The translations under genes and the position numbers were made by a program. The notes under the pieces are model-generated. The model worked only from the letters and a program-made list of their open reading frames with translations. It had not been told where the DNA came from and did no database searches. Shown piece after piece: positions 63,880 through 64,000 of a stretch of 64,000 bases of DNA. This DNA comes from Mytilus californianus. Lineage: Eukaryota. Numbering within the stretch: position 1 is the first letter of the stretch; each line of letters begins with the position of its first letter. Where the stretch lies: NCBI RefSeq assembly GCF_021869535.1, contig NW_026262712.1, positions 115,072,001 to 115,136,000 on the forward strand. Direction: 5' to 3'.

Positions 63880-63970
63880 CAGCACAACAATGTTAAATCT
63901 GAAAATTTTCTTCGTTCTTCCCTCGCCGGGATTCGAAATTATGCTGTTGAGATATCGAGACAACAATTTA
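63880..63970 (-). mobile_element. Possible tRNA-derived SINE head
   Basis: B-box-like TTCGAATCCCGG on the minus strand; no full cloverleaf seen. Confidence 0.3.
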
Positions 63971-64000
63971 TTTAATCCCATGAAAGGTAGACCCGATAAA

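Noticed and set aside
63830-63981. N-terminal part of ORF 63523-63981
   Set aside because: Read-through across a (TA)n tract and an unrelated repeat; only the part below ~63830 is Penelope RT.

Overview
AT-rich, repeat-dense metazoan DNA. The repeat families and genes suggest a bivalve mollusc, probably a mussel (inference). The left ~37 kb is a minus-strand tandem array of intronless Toll-like receptor genes: one intact 840-aa LRR-TM-TIR gene (6351-8873), two disabled full-length paralogues (1-1886, 21722-24251) and a deleted remnant (36930-37519). These units are separated by retroelement insertions, including a full-length dead L1/Tx1 LINE with a 14-bp target-site duplication and several Naiad-type Penelope-like elements. 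A complete six-exon rho-class glutathione S-transferase gene (227 aa, minus strand, 40398-47367) was assembled by hand from splice sites. The right third is minisatellites, satellites and a Neptune-like Penelope element. The strongest signals are at RNA level. (i) A ~3.1-unit tandem array of 353/354-nt hammerhead-ribozyme repeats (retrozyme-like) lies in the sense orientation inside GST intron 5. (ii) A circularly permuted twister-ribozyme-like fold occurs in the 3' tails of two different Naiad-type elements. (iii) One of those Naiads has an in-frame UGA at the first position of its CxC motif plus a SECIS-like hairpin after the ORF. (iv) A related 346-nt retrozyme carries a different hammerhead. 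All alignments and folds were done by eye; no database searches or folding programs were run.
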